Source: Camelus ferus | Taxonomy: Eukaryota | Reading direction: 5' to 3' | Length of the DNA: 64,000 nucleotides | NCBI RefSeq assembly: GCF_009834535.1 | Contig: NC_045705.1 | Coordinates: 62,992,001-63,056,000, forward strand | Part shown: piece after piece, positions 22,960 through 36,069 of the stretch | Layout of the letters: every line of letters begins with the position of its first letter | How positions within the stretch are numbered: position 1 is the stretch's first letter | The notes under the pieces: model-generated | What the model was told of the DNA's origin: nothing | What the model saw: the letters and a program-made list of their open reading frames with translations, nothing else | Database searches by the model: none | Program-made: the position numbers and the translations under genes

Positions 22960-25030
22960 CTCCTGCTGTGTGCCAGCACGCTCCTCATGCTGAGCAGACA
23001 GTGGTGACCAAACTGAGTGAGAGCCCCTTAGGGGAGCTGACATCTAGCAGAGGGAGATAGGCGATCAGCAATAAGCAAAGTAAGTAAATGTCACAGTGTA
23101 AGGTGATGTGCACCGTGGGAAAATGAAGCATCTCGAGAAGTAAGAGTGATTGGGAATGCTGGGGACAGATTGCAACGTTAAGACAGGGAGGTCAGGGCAG
23201 GGCTTGCTGACAAGGTGGCATCTGAGCAAAGACTTGAGGGAGGTGAGGGATTCTCACCCTGTGGCTGTCTGGGTAAGACAGTACCAGGGAAAGGGAACAG
23301 CCAGTGCAAAGGCCCTGAGGTGGGACTGTGCCTGGAGGGTTCGAGGAACAGCCAGGAAGCTTGTGGGGCTGGAGCAAAGTGAGTGAGGGAGAGAGGAAAG
23401 CAGAGGGGGTCAGGAGAGGAAGGGGCAGTGGGGAGGGAGGGCCATAATGAGAACTTTGGGAGATGGGAAGCTTCTGCCGCATTTGGTGAGGAGGAGGGAT
23501 GCGAGCTGGGCTATGTGGTAAAAGGATCTCTCTGGCTATGTGTCAAGGGAGCAGGGGCAGGGAGACCAGTGAGGAGGTTGTTGCAATAATCCAGGCAAGA
23601 AAGGAGGCAGCTCAGACCAGAGTAGATGCCATGTGAGAGGCGGGGAGGAAAGTGGTTGGATTCTGGATCTATTCTGAAGGCAGAACCAACAGGATTTCCT
23701 GATGGATTGGATGTGGGTTGTGACAAAAAGGGAGGCGGCAACATCACCTCCAAGGTTTTGGCCTGAGCAATGGAAAGATGGACTTGCCATCCCCCGGAAT
23801 GGGGAATCTGTGTTAGAGCAGCGCTGCTTCTCAGCCTTTTAAAAAAATTATCACCCACCCCCAAAGAGCCTTTTTAAATCTTTTTCCTCTAATCACCCCC
23901 TCCCTATGAAATTGTAATTCCACAGCTGTAATATATACATATTTTTATGTACTTTGGCCCTTTGGAGAGTCACAAACCATTGCAATAGCTAAGAGTTTTT
24001 GTCCCCCTGCCCAAACCAATGTTCTCCCCTTTGGGAGAGATGGCACCTCCACAGAGAATGCGTGTGTTAGAGCGAGTTCCAGTGAGTGCAGGCAGGATTG
24101 GCACCTGACGGATTCGAGCTGTCTGTGCCGCCGGCTGGGGGAGTGTCCAAGAGACAGTTGGGCATTTAAGGTTCAGACTGGAGGAGTGGGTTTGGGGGTC
24201 ATCGGCATACAGGTGGTTGGTGCTTAAAGCGGCGAGATGGGTGAGATGGCCCAGGGGAGTGAGCACAGAGAGAGACCAGGATCGGAGCCTGCGCATGGGG
24301 CATCCCAAGGTCTGGGAAAAGAGAAAGAACCAGCAGAGAAGTAACGTCCAGAGAAGCTGGAGAAAACCAGGGGAGCACAACTGCAGGGCGAAGGGTGCCC
24401 AACTGTCAGATGCCGTGGGAAGGGCAGATGCCGCAAAACTGAACTGACCACTGGGTTCGGCCATGCAGAGGCCATCAGAGATCTGGACAGGGTCACTACT
24501 GATGGAGTGGTTGGGTTGGGGGAGGCCAGATTGGGGTGGTTTTCAGAGAAACAGGAAGAGAGGCACGGATGATAGCATATACGGACAGCTCTGAGGAGTT
24601 CCCCTGCAGAGGGAGAGGTGGTCCATTGGTGGCAGTGGAAGTGGGATCAAGACAGGTTCGTTTAAGATGGGAAGAAGAGCAGTGAGGCAGTGAGTTTGTT
24701 CACCGATGGGAAGGCTTTGGTGGAGAGGACAGAATTGATGATGCAGGAGGGTAAGCCAGCTTGCAAGGCAGGGAGACTTGTTGGAGCGATGTCCTTGAGC
24801 AGAGCAGAGGCTGGGCTCCGGCGCTGGTGCCAAGTGGTGGTGGAAGCGTGGGTAGTTGAGTCTCTTAGGATAAGGGACGCAGAGCATGTGGGTGCAGAAG
24901 CCGGAGGGGGCGGATGTGCCCCTGCAAATCTGGAAGCACTTCTGAGAGGCTGGACTGTCTTCGGGCAGTGGGAAACAAGGTCACAGCTGAGAGTGAGGGT
25001 GGGGGAGGTGGGTGTGAGGAGAAGAGGTGG
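22960..25030 (-). mobile_element. Long (~2 kb) L2 LINE relic including ORF2 C-terminal remnants
   Basis: The minus ORF 23511..23864 contains CLDYCNNLLTGLP, the L2/CR1 ORF2 LDYCNSLLxGLP motif. The L2 3' UTR gccagtgcaaaggccctgaggtggga is present antisense. Confidence 0.85.
23819..24064. mobile_element. hAT (Charlie-type) non-autonomous MITE nested in the L2
   Basis: 246 bp flanked by an 8-bp TSD TGTTAGAG (23811-23818 and 24065-24072), similar to the Charlie NTCTAGAN target. Termini are imperfect (CAGCGC..TTCTC / GAGAATGCGTG). Confidence 0.8.
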
Positions 25031-25264
25031 TCAGAAATAGTCCCTCATGAGCAGGGGATGGTAGGGATGAAGGGGTCTGCAGCATCAAGCCTTCCTGCCC
25101 CACCTCAGGCCGAGGTCAGCAGCCTACCTCTCAGCTCCCAGGGCTCCTGGACTTCACTGGATTTTAGATGTTTACTGCTGTTTCCTCCAGGAGAGGTTCT
25201 CTTTCTTAGCATCCAGCTACCAGGAAGGGCTGTGCAGTCAGGCAGCCATCATTTGAATTCTCTC

Positions 25265-25390
25265 CCGTGACTCACTTGCTGCGTAACCTTGGACAAGTGT
25301 TTTAATGTCCCCAGGCCTCAGTTTTCTCATCTGTGAATTAGGGGCAATGATACAAGTATGCACTCTGTGCTGTTGCTATTTTGTACCGTC
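25265..25390 (+). mobile_element. MIR SINE
   Basis: gctgcgtaaccttggacaag...gcctcagttttctcatctgtgaa. Confidence 0.75.
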
Positions 25391-25939
25391 ACCTGGCACA
25401 GGAGGAGGGCTCAGGAGGTGAAGAGTGAAGGCATGAGGGAGGGGAGGGGAATTTGCTTGGGCTCTTAAACACCAAGGAGTGGGGAGAAGAGGGTTGACAG
25501 AGGACTGTCCCCACCCTGTTGTGCCCAGTTCCCACCGTGTGTGCGGGGGGCCCTGATGGAGCTCCCAGGTGGGCAGCAGCCAATTGGGGACTGAGCCACC
25601 AGTGCAGCCCGGGACAGCTCCTAACTCAGCCCTCCGCCAGGGCCACATGGGCCGCTCCCTGGGCAGAGCTCCCCAGTGCAGGGAGGGATAGGGGCCTCTT
25701 CCTGTGGCCTGGCCCCACCCGTGGGACTTCCTCCCAATCCTGGCCCTTCCTGTTTTTCCTCCTTGGCTCCTGGAAGCCATTTCCTCCAAGGGGTCAGGCC
25801 AGAGCATTGCTTTCTCTCTCCAGAGCCCAGAACTTTCTAGACTTGCAAACTTGCAGATCTGGGACCTTCAGGACTTCCTAGGAAATAGCCCACCAGCCAG
25901 CCCCTCCTCTGAGGCTGTGATGCAGGAGCTCTGCTGAGG

Positions 25940-25986
25940 GTGTGTCGTGTGTCGTGTGTCATGTGTGTGTGTGTGTGTGTGTGTGT
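25940..25986. repeat. (GTGTGTC)3 followed by (TG)~12 microsatellite
   Basis: Read directly from the sequence. Confidence 0.95.
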
Positions 25987-26869
25987 TTATGGAAGGAGGG
26001 GATAGGATTCATAGGGGCGGCACACCATGGAAAGCCCATGGGATGGGAGCTGGCATCCCTTGGTGGGGGGGGGGCTTACAGCCCTGGCGTGGGGACCAGC
26101 TCTGCCATGTCCAGCTGGGGCCTCTTTCTCCCAGAACTTCACTCCCCTTACTCCCCTGCAGCTTGGAGGTAGCACTATATTCGCCCTTACCGGGGCCTGC
26201 GAGGAGTGAGAGCTAATGGCCAGAGTAGGCTCTGTAGAATGTTATGAGATCCACGATGTTCCTTACGGGTCCCAGATGCCTGGTGGGGAGGGAGCTGCTA
26301 AGTGCCAGGTGGTGTTAAGGCTGAAGAGGGGGTGGGGGCTGATGTAGCACTCAGCAAAGCCCCAGCCCTGCCCCTCACCTCCTTAATGAACCAGGCAGCA
26401 TCCACCATCAGCTTGGTTCTCAGGCCTGGCTGCCGGCTGGCTGCCCGGATCACTCACGTGTCCTGCAAGCAGGCAGCCTAGTAGAGCCTGGGCTCCCAGG
26501 AGCATCACAGACTGACTGCTGCCTCATTCTCATCCCCCACACCCAGCCCTGCCGCTCGGCCCCCAGCTGCCGGTACCCAACAGGGTAAAGATCGGCACCC
26601 TCAGGCAAGGCCATGGCACAAGGTCCAGGAACAATTCTTGGGACTGGAGGCTTTCAGTCATCCCTTAGCAATGACCTCCCTGTACTGTGGGGAGAAACCA
26701 AACAGAAAGGGCATGGGGCTCACCTAAAGATGCACAGCCATTCTTTCTAGGATAGTGGCTGCTTCCCTCTGTACTGGACAGACTTCACTTTCCTTCAGGG
26801 GTCTTGAGAGTTAAAGAAGTCACCCTATTCTTCTTCCACCAGTGATGTCAAACCAGAAGTAGCATGGCA

Positions 26870-27150
26870 CAGAGTGATAATAACTGTTCTCTTTTATTGA
26901 GGGCCTGCTGTGTGTCAGGCATTGTTCTCGGTGCTGGGAACACAGTGGTGAATGAAGCCAAGTCTACCCTTGTGGGACTCATGTATTGCGTTAAATCCTT
27001 GTAACACCCTATGTGGTCAGTATTGCTGTGCCCAGTTTACAGATAGAGAAACTGAAGCTCAGAGAAACTAGAGAGTAAAGTGAGGTCCCATAAGCAATGA
27101 GGGGCAGAGCAGACATTTAAGCCCAGGTCTGTCAGACTCCATCCACAGCC
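26870..27150 (-). mobile_element. MIR (with L2-like tail)
   Basis: ttttattgagggcctgctgtgtgtcaggc...cccagtttacagatagagaaactgaagctcagag. Confidence 0.7.
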
Positions 27151-28589
27151 TGGCCTATTGAGCACGGATATACCAGGGAGAGGCTGGACTGGGAGTCAGA
27201 GGAGCATTGGCCATTCACTGGGGTCTGGGCTTTGGGACAGTCTTCCCTTTCCTGGGCCTCAGTTCCCTCATCCATAGGTGATCCAGAAGTTTCCTTCCAG
27301 CATTTCTATAATTCTGGAATGTCAAAAGACCTGAAAGTCTGGCTTCCTGGAAGAGCCAGGCAGGAATGATTTTTCTCCCTGCTGTTGCACCCCTGTTGGT
27401 GAGACAGGAACCCAACCCACCCACGGACAAATCTTTGCAGGGTAGGGGAGGAAGAGAAGTCACGGTCAGGCTTGGATCCTAACCCAAGCGTAGCAGCCTG
27501 GCCTGGCTTCGCCACAGTCCTCAAGGTGACTCTGATTTCCTTCCCCTTCACTGGTCCCAGCCAAGCGGAAGGGTCCCCTTCTAAGACTGGACTTAGAGAC
27601 CCAAATTCTAGTCCTGACTCTGCCTCCTTTTAACTTGCTGTGTTACCTTGAGGAAGCCCAGGCCCCTTTCTGGGCCTCAGTTTTCACGTTTATTGGATGA
27701 GACCATTTCTGATGCCCCCCTGACTCTGCCAATCTGATTCCATAAGCTTGTTGAGTCCTTCATGGGGGTCCAGCCACTCCGGGAATGGGGCCAGGCTCAG
27801 TGTGCCTGCTGGTCGTGGACTCCATCCCCTCCCCACACTCTCCCTATAAAAATCAGGGAGAGAAGAATGACCTGTCTCAAGGTGGTTGTAGGGCTCCCCT
27901 CTTGACCCTCCATTCCTCCTTGGCCCCACACCTAGGTTCCGAGTCCCCAGCCCTGCCATGAAGGATGGCTTTCCCACCCCCCCACCCCCAGTCCATAAGG
28001 GGGTGGAGCGAGGAGGCAGCCAGAAGCTCACGACAGGTAGGGCTGGTGGTAACAAGGGCTCCGCAGAAAGGCATTGCTCATCGTGGGCGTGCCTGCTGGG
28101 TGGTGGGAGGACCATTTCTTTTCCTTTTTTATCCACATCCAAAGTGGCTGGGAGGAAGGAGGGTGCTGAGGAAGAGAGGCTCCTGAGACAGCGGTCCATG
28201 GCCTGGGCTCAGACTGGCGGACCCTAGCATCCGTGATCTCCCTGAATCCCATCCCTGTGGACCCAGACCCCAGCCCAGGCTGCTCTGCCTGACCAGGAAG
28301 GGGAAGGCCTGAGCCTGCTCTCTTCTTTTTTGAGTCTCTCAAAATATTAACCACGTGGGCCTGAGGTCCCCACCCCATGTAACAGATGAGGCGACTGCGT
28401 CTCTGAGTGGAGAAGTGATGGACAGATCAGGAGGCATGGGGAAAATGCTCTGCCTCCTGGGAGTCCTCTGGTCCCTTCAGGCAGGGAAAGGAGTTTGGGA
28501 GGCTCACTCAGTGGGAGGGAATGATCGCCCCTTCTTTTATTAGAGGGGTGGGAAGGAGCCAGATAAGACGGAGGACCTAGAGGCTAGCC

Positions 28590-29220
28590 CAACTACTGAG
28601 AGTTGCAGAATACACTTCCTCTACGCTCCAGACCTTTGTCTGGGATGTTTGGTCTTCTTGGAACTCTTCCCTCCACTTGGCTAACTCCTACTGATCCTTC
28701 AAGTCATAGTTTAGATGTTGCCTCCTCCAGGGAGCCTTCCCTGGTTTTCCCAGAGTCAATTAGCACTGATGTGTGTGCCTGCTGCTCCCTGGGCTTCCCC
28801 CACTAGGGCACTAATGACCTGCTATGTAGTTGTGTTTCTCTTTAGCAGACTGGGGGCTCTTTGAAGATAAAGCTGTGCCTTATTAGCCTCTAATATCTGT
28901 ATCCCACTACCCAGCATGGAGTGGGGTACGCAGTTTGCCCTGAGAGCTGTTTGTTGAATGATTGAGTGACTGAATGACTGAATGGACATCTATAGAGATC
29001 AACTATGTCCTAGGCCTGTGCAGGGCATCCAGTGGTTAATAAGACCCAGACCCAGCCCCATGGGAAACACACATGCACAGTGGACAGTCCAGGACACTGT
29101 CCAGAGTGAGTCTGGACAGGATGTGCTGGGAGCTCAGAGAAGGGAGGGGCAATGTTGGAGAAGGGATCCTAGAAAACTCTGCCTAGAAGAGATGTGAGGG
29201 GCCTAGAATGACAAATAGTT
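28590..29220. mobile_element. Two L2 3' ends, tail to tail (plus ~28590-28985; minus ~28985-29220)
   Basis: gatgttgcctcctccagggagccttccctg...tttgttgaatgattgagtgactgaatgactgaatg, then actatgtcctaggcctgtgcagggc. Confidence 0.7.
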
Positions 29221-32200
29221 TGGGCCAGGGGTTAGGGCTGGGGATGGGGGACTGGTTTAGTGACCCAAGAATAGGTTGCTTTGTCCCAATCTTGGGACTG
29301 CACCCAGGGGTGGACTGGTGAAAGGGCCACTAGACAGAGAAGCGGGGTCACATTATGGAGAGCTGTTTCCAGGTGAGACTAGAAAGGGCAAGCGTTGTGC
29401 TCAAGGTAACACAGCTGGGCAGTGCCTCCTAGGCAGGGCTCTGTGCCACCTGTGGCCTTGCCCCCTGACCTGGCAGCCTCCTGGCTCCGGGCAGACAAGC
29501 TGCCCCAGGCCCCAGGGATGTAGCACAGAGGGAAGTGACAATAAAAGCTTTTCAAACAGCATGTAGGAGGCAGCCACAGATTTCAGCGGCTAAGTAATCT
29601 GTGTCTAATGTTCACTTAGCAGAGCACAAACCTCTGAAATGTCAGTGCTCGCTGTCTGACCCTCCGGCGGCCAAGGCTGTTGAAGGCAGGGAAACGGAGT
29701 CACTCAGCATTCCTAGAGCTCTGAGCCGGGGCTGCGGTGTAGGTGGGGAAGTTTTCAGACGCCAGACCATCCTGGCAGCCTTAGCTGGCTGCTCCCCGGG
29801 AAGTAAAGAAGCATCTTTTTTTGGTCCTGGAGAGGCCATTCAGGAGCATGGAGTCAGAGCCGCCCATTTACAGATGGGGAGATGGGGGAGGCTGGCCGTG
29901 GGAACCCACCACTGAGTGACTTCAGAGCCTGGTTTTACCCATGAGACTCTGCGGCTGCTGAGTGCCTGGGAGGCCCTCCCCCAAGGGGCAGAGGAGAGGA
30001 GTCCTGCGCTTATCCAGCCCCCACCCTCAGGACTGTAGAAATGAGACCCAACATGGACCACATTGGGGTCCACCTCACCTCTGAGCCCACAGCCCACCTT
30101 AGGACCTGCCTCTGCCTTGTCTCCCTGTGCAATCTCAGGCAAATCCTTAGCCCTCCTGGGCCTCAGTCTCCCCATCTGTCAAGTGGCTGGAAAACGCCCC
30201 CAGATCTCATTTTTCTACAATATTTTACAACTGACAAATAAGGCAACTGCCCGGCACCCTCCCTTACCCTGCTCTGCTTTTCCTGTTCTCCAAACCACAG
30301 GGTCTTATTTTGTTCACAATGGCATCCCCAGCACTGCAGTACCTGTCATGTAGTAACTGCTCAGAAAAGTTGGAACTCCCGGCGGGCATGTCCCTTCCTG
30401 ATTAACTGCCCCCTCCCACTCTCCAGGTTCTGTTTAGTCCCTCCTGAGTGAGGCTGCTTGGCAGACCACTGTGCACAGGTTGATGTGCAAATCTGGAAGC
30501 CACCCTCTTTCTCTTCCACCTTCTCCTTTCCATAGTGGGTGCGTGGGAGCCAGCCATGTCTTCTTTTAGATCCCCCTGGCACGGCTAGGATGAGTTCCAG
30601 GGCCTCAGTGGTACAGCCAGTGCTCGGTAGAATTGTTTACTGTCTGCCCATGACTCACCCACAACAGCCCAGAGAAGGCTCTGCCCAGGCTGGGCCCAGG
30701 CTTGGGGAAGCGAGGGGGACGTGGTCTGAAAAGCCCACCAGAATCCTGGAACAAGGAGGGGTGGGGAGTGGAGGGGAGCGGGGCACAAAAGGGATCCTAG
30801 ACTAGTCCTGGCCAGGGGAGCAGGCACGGGGATTGGAGGGGCCATGGATGGGCCAGGATTGAGACTCAGTGGCTCAAGCTCACTGATTCTTTCACTGTCA
30901 ATCCTTCTTCAGGGCCTCCCTCTGGGCACCCTGGGCTGGCCTGGGGGGCCCTGATATGAAGCCCCCAGGTCTTGATCTTCAGGAACTTGCAAAGTAATAT
31001 AGAAGGTAGTGGATATTTTGTGCTGTAACGGAGGCAGCCACGGGGTGATGTGGGGGTGCCCATGGGGTCGTCTTTCATCCGGTGGACTGAGGCCTCACCA
31101 AGGAAAGGGTTTCCTGGCAAAAGGACCAGCACATGCAAAGACACAGAGGCGGTGCTCAAGCAACAGGGAGCGGTTGGAAGCTGGCCCTGCCCTTCTGGGC
31201 TGTGACCTCGGGCCACTCCCTCCCTTCTTGGGTTGTTTCACTGGTAAGCAGAGGTGGTGTTGCTTGAGTAGGTGGTTAGGGGTTGTCCTGAGTTTTCCGT
31301 GGGCTTCTCGTGCTCTGACAGGGACTCTATAAGAGCAAGGGAGTGAGGGGGTGGTGAGTTTCTGATGGTGCAGGGATCTGGGTGACAGTGAGGTCCTGGT
31401 GGCTGAGCAGACAGGACACACAGGGCTGTGTGTTTGGGCAAGGAGTGGAGCTGGGAGTAGGACACTGCTGGCCAATTAGACAGTCTCTCTAGGCCCAGTG
31501 TTTGCTGATGGAATAAAGGAGTTGAGTGTGTCAACAGTAGGGGATGAGGTGGCCCTGAACCACACACACATCTGGGCTGTCCCTAGAGTGAGACATGGAG
31601 GGCACCACGCAGGGCGTTGCCTGGCAGGAGCGTGTGATGCTTGATACACCCTCAGAGCCCAATACACCGGTTAATCGAGGTGCTCAGAGAATGTGTCCCA
31701 GGCTGGGTCTCCAGCTCTCTTCCTCGGGCTCTGGCTCAGCCCAAGAAAGGGGCCAGAGAGCAAGGAGAGAGCCCTGAGTCTCCACCTTGCTCCACTGGGG
31801 AGGTCCCAACACATGGGTCTAGTTTTGACTCTACCACTTGCACTGAATGGATGCAGAGCGCCTCCTCCGTGCCAGGTGAATACAAAGTCTACTGGGACAG
31901 CCTGGCTGAGTTTCCGCTTGAGAAGGGGAGCCCCTGCTCCCAGAGCCTACACAGGGGCCAGATGTGGCTCTATGACTCTCTGAGGCGGCTCCAGAGTCAC
32001 ACAAGCCATGGTTCACACCCCAGGGCTACCACTTGCTAGCCTTGCCATGTGACCTTCCAGGGCCCTTGCAAGCCAGGCCCCTTACCTGCGGATGAGAACA
32101 CCCCATCTGTGAGACGACCTGGTGTAAAGCCTTCAAAGGATGCAGGGTGGGTGCATTGTTCTTCCTGAGGTCCTGATGGCTCCTCCCATTCTGGGAATTG

Positions 32201-33339
32201 GCGGCCATGAAGAACAGGTCCCGTGATCCAAGCAGGAGAGGACAGAGGGGTTTGAGGACCCCAAGGTTGGTGGGCAGCCTGGGATTGGGGGAACTAACGG
32301 GTACTGGGGAGCGTGCCTCTGCCCTCATCCCTCTCCACTGCACCCTATCCACACCCCAGAGGAATCAGCAGTTCTGTGTCCTCTACTGGACCAACACATC
32401 AGGAAAACATCACACACTAGGTCCGGTTGGCTGGGGAAGACAGGAGGGAACCCGACAGCCATTCCATCGTTCAGATGGAGACCCTGAGGTTCAAGTGTCA
32501 GGGAACATCCATCAGGGGTCAGAGAGAGACCCCAGCCTCCTGAGCCCCCAGCCTGGGCCGTGGAGCGATGCTCAGAGGCCCTAACACTAGACCAGGTGAA
32601 CCCCAGCTCCACCCTGCCCTTCCAAGGGCCCAACCAACCCCGAGCCTCCTCTCCAGGGAAGCAGATGGTGCCGGGCCTGCTGAGAACGTGGCCTGGAGCC
32701 CAGCTGTTGCACAGATGTGAGAGGCGGAGGGAGGGTGGAATGGGGGTTAGAAAGGCAGGGACCCTTGGCAACCCGGGAGTGGTAATGAGCGGATTAGAGT
32801 TATTACAGCCGAACGGCTCAGAGAGCACTTGCTCACCCCAGCAACCTCCAGCAAAGGGCTAATCACAGTGGCTGTCATGCCAGGCCCGCCTCGCCCCCGC
32901 CCCTCCATGGACCTGTGACTCCAAGGCAGCCTCTGTGGACTTCAAACGCCTCATTACAGCCTCCTGGGCGTGTCCGCCAGCTCACTGTCCAGACATCACC
33001 CTTCCTCCATTTCCCCAGGCTTGGTGGGGGGACCCTGGGACCTGGCTGGGAGCATTGGTAAGTGAGCACTGTCCAGGGGGAGTGGCATAAAGTGCCCCCC
33101 ACCATCCACGTGGGATAGGGGCAAGTGGCAGGGACCCAGCCACCAGGGCCAGTCCTTGCCTGTCTGGTCACCTCGACCAGGGGTCTGAAAACAGTGGGGG
33201 CCACCTAGCTCTGGGTCAGGGACACCACCCTCTGCAGTGGAGGGCAGCTCCTCCTTTTGAACCAGGCTTCATATCTTCCCATCTGCTTCCCCCCCAGAGC
33301 AGGAACATAGGACCGACATGTCACGTAGCTTAGGGCTGA

Positions 33340-33600
33340 GTACCAGGGTGACAGTGATAACAACAGCTGAGCCTTAGTGCTGGCTCTGTACTCACAGGCT
33401 CTGCTTTGAGTGCTGGAAGTGTTTTAATTAACTTTGTCTTCACAATAGTCCAAAGTGGTGTATTATCATCAAGCCCATTTTATAGATGAGATGACTTAGG
33501 CCCAGAGGGGTTAAGTAACTGGCCCCAGGTCACACAGCTGGTGAGCAGTACAGCTGGGCTTCAAACAAGCATCCCCACTCCAGAAGCCTCTCTTTCAACT
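33340..33600 (-). mobile_element. MIR SINE
   Basis: cccattttatagatgagatgacttaggcccagaggggttaagtaactggccccaggtcacacagctgg. Confidence 0.85.
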
Positions 33601-35319
33601 GCCATGTTCTGCTTGGCACTGCACCCACCCCAGGGCCTCTCTTCTTGAGTTGGTCCCTCACCGCTGCCCTGATTGTCCCCTCTGGGAATCAACTTCTGGA
33701 AAGACACTTCTCATTCTAGCTCTCCCTCACTCAGAAACCTCTGGTGGTGCCCCCATGCTTCTGTCTTGGCTTTTAAACCCCATCCTTCCTGACCAGCCTC
33801 CGGCCTCCCTCCATTCCACACTGCCAAGGACAAGCTCATGTCTCACACCTCTTGTCCACTGTCTGACCAGCCCCACCCCAACATGCTTTTGTGTAGGCTG
33901 TGTCCTCTTCCCAGAAGGCTCACTCCTGTAGGTTCTGCCTGGCTCCAATGCCCCTGGCCTGTATGTCTGAACTGACTCAGGACATCTAAGCCCAGAGGCC
34001 CGGTGGGAGGAGGCAGTCGGGGGGAGGCAGAAAAGAGATCAGGGCTCTGGGGACAGGTATGTGACTTCAGGGCAAGTCTCCATTTCTCTGAGCTTCAGTT
34101 TCTGCAAAATGGGAATATTCACCCCAGCTTCTCATGAGGTGTAGTGATGATGTATGTGAGGGTCCCGACACAGTAGGTCCATAACCACCTGTGTGACAGG
34201 TGTAGGGCGATCCTGCCTCCATTTCTGGAGTCCAGCAAAGACCCCCTGGTGTTGGCAATGCAGAAAAGCATCACCTGAGGTCCTTGTCCCGAGGGAGCCA
34301 CTTACCCTCAGCACCTCTCCTCTGTGGTCCCACCACTCACAGCAGGACTGGGAAGGAGTTCTGTACATCAGGCAGCCCCCGTGACCAGTCCTGGTGGAGG
34401 GCCCATCTCTAAGAGCCCAGTGCCAACCATCCTCCCACTCTGGGAGGAGGTGGGCGGCACCCTCCCTCCTCCACATCGCTGCCTCCTCAGAGTCAGAATC
34501 CAGGGAGACGGTCTCCTGGCAGCACAGCTCCTGCCGCTCGCCCTGCACGGGTGTCTGTGACGCTGGCACGCCCGGGGGGGGGCCGCAGGCACTCCAGCAT
34601 CAGAGCTGACTAGACCCTGGAAGTGGGCCAAGGGTCCGGCCAGGGAGGCTGGAGACAGGGCCAGCCCAGGTGCCCCCCTGCCAGGGGCAGGTGCTAACAT
34701 GGCACACCCCCCTCCCCCAGGAGTATGGGCAGGTGAGGCAGCAGTCCTGGCTGCCCTAGGCCTGTTCCACTGTGAGGGAGAGCACCTGGCACAGGTACAT
34801 GGCAGGTGCTTGGTGGGCAGGGAGAACCTTCCCCTGATGGGATTCTGAGTACTTTGGTACCAGCAGGGCCAGAATCCCCAGAGGAGGAGTGGGCATTTGA
34901 CAATGACCTGGGAAGATGTAGCATGGCCAAAGCTTCCTCACATGAGGGGCAGTGAGGACCTCAACCCCAGGACCCTCCCGCACCCCTTCACACTCACCTA
35001 CTCCCTCCTCGGTGTGCCTGCCCTGTGCCAGCCTCAATCAGACTCGGGCAGAATGTAAGGAGGGCTTCCCTGTCCTCTGAGACTTTTCCACCAGCTCTGG
35101 GGCCACAACCGAGCAGGTGCCGACACCACTCCTCAACCCCAAACTTTTCCTATCTTTGGGATGGACTTGAGGTCCTGGGCCTGGCCCACCCAGTGCCTGC
35201 GGGTCCCACCTCCCTGCCTAGACCCCTGGGCCCAGCTTCTGAGGCTCCCCGGTTGCCATTTCCATCCCTGGAAACACGGAGCCAAAATGCATCTGAAGCT
35301 CAGTCTCAGCTAGGAGAGT

Positions 35320-36060
35320 CTAATAAAAATGAGAAGGGACATTTAAAAAATCATTTACAAAAATGAATTTTAAAAATAATTTACCTTGATATTTTGAAAG
35401 GGTAGTGCAATCACGTGATTCAAAATTCAAAAGGAGCGTACAGTGAAAGGTCATTCCTCCACTCTGGCCCGGCCACCCAGCTCCCCTCTTCAGAAAGGAG
35501 TCCTGTTGCCAGCTCTCATGTGTTCTTCCAAATATATTCTGTGTATCAACCATCACCTTCATTTGTCATCCTTTTCAAACGCATACACATCCTTCTCTGC
35601 ACCTGGCTTTCTTCCCTTACAAAATGCATCTTATTTATTGTTGTATGTCAGCTGGAAAACCGTTCCCCATTCTTATTTTATGGCTGTGTATTACTTCATT
35701 GTATAGAGGGACCACAAATTATTTAACTGATCTCCTATTGGTACATGTTTTGCTTATTTCCAGTCTTGGGCAATTACATTAAACATTGTAAGAAATAACT
35801 ATATGGATGCCACTTCAAAAGCATGCTAGAGAAATCCCCGTGAGTGGAACGGCGGGGTGGGATGTAGCCACACAGCCACAGAGGAATGGAGAGGGTCAGA
35901 CTGCCCTCGCCGAGGCTGCATCCTGCTACCTTCCCACCAGCCTTGTTCGCATTTGCCTCTTCTCCCACAGTTTTGCCAGCACAATGTTTTATCAAACTCT
36001 GCGAGCTTTGCCAATCTGATATTTGAATAATGGTATGTCACTGTGGTTAGAAATTTTTGA
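35320..36060 (-). mobile_element. Old L1 (L1ME-like) fragment
   Basis: AT-rich island with L1 antisense hallmarks (attcttattttatggctgtgtattacttcattgtat; ccacagttttgccagcac...tttgccaatctgat). Confidence 0.65.
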
Positions 36061-36069
36061 AACAGCAAT

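Noticed and set aside
23511-23864. ORF with LDYCNNLLTGLP, and L1 ORF2-like ORFs at 44145-44672
   Set aside because: Fragmented retrotransposon remnants with frameshifts and stops; not host genes.
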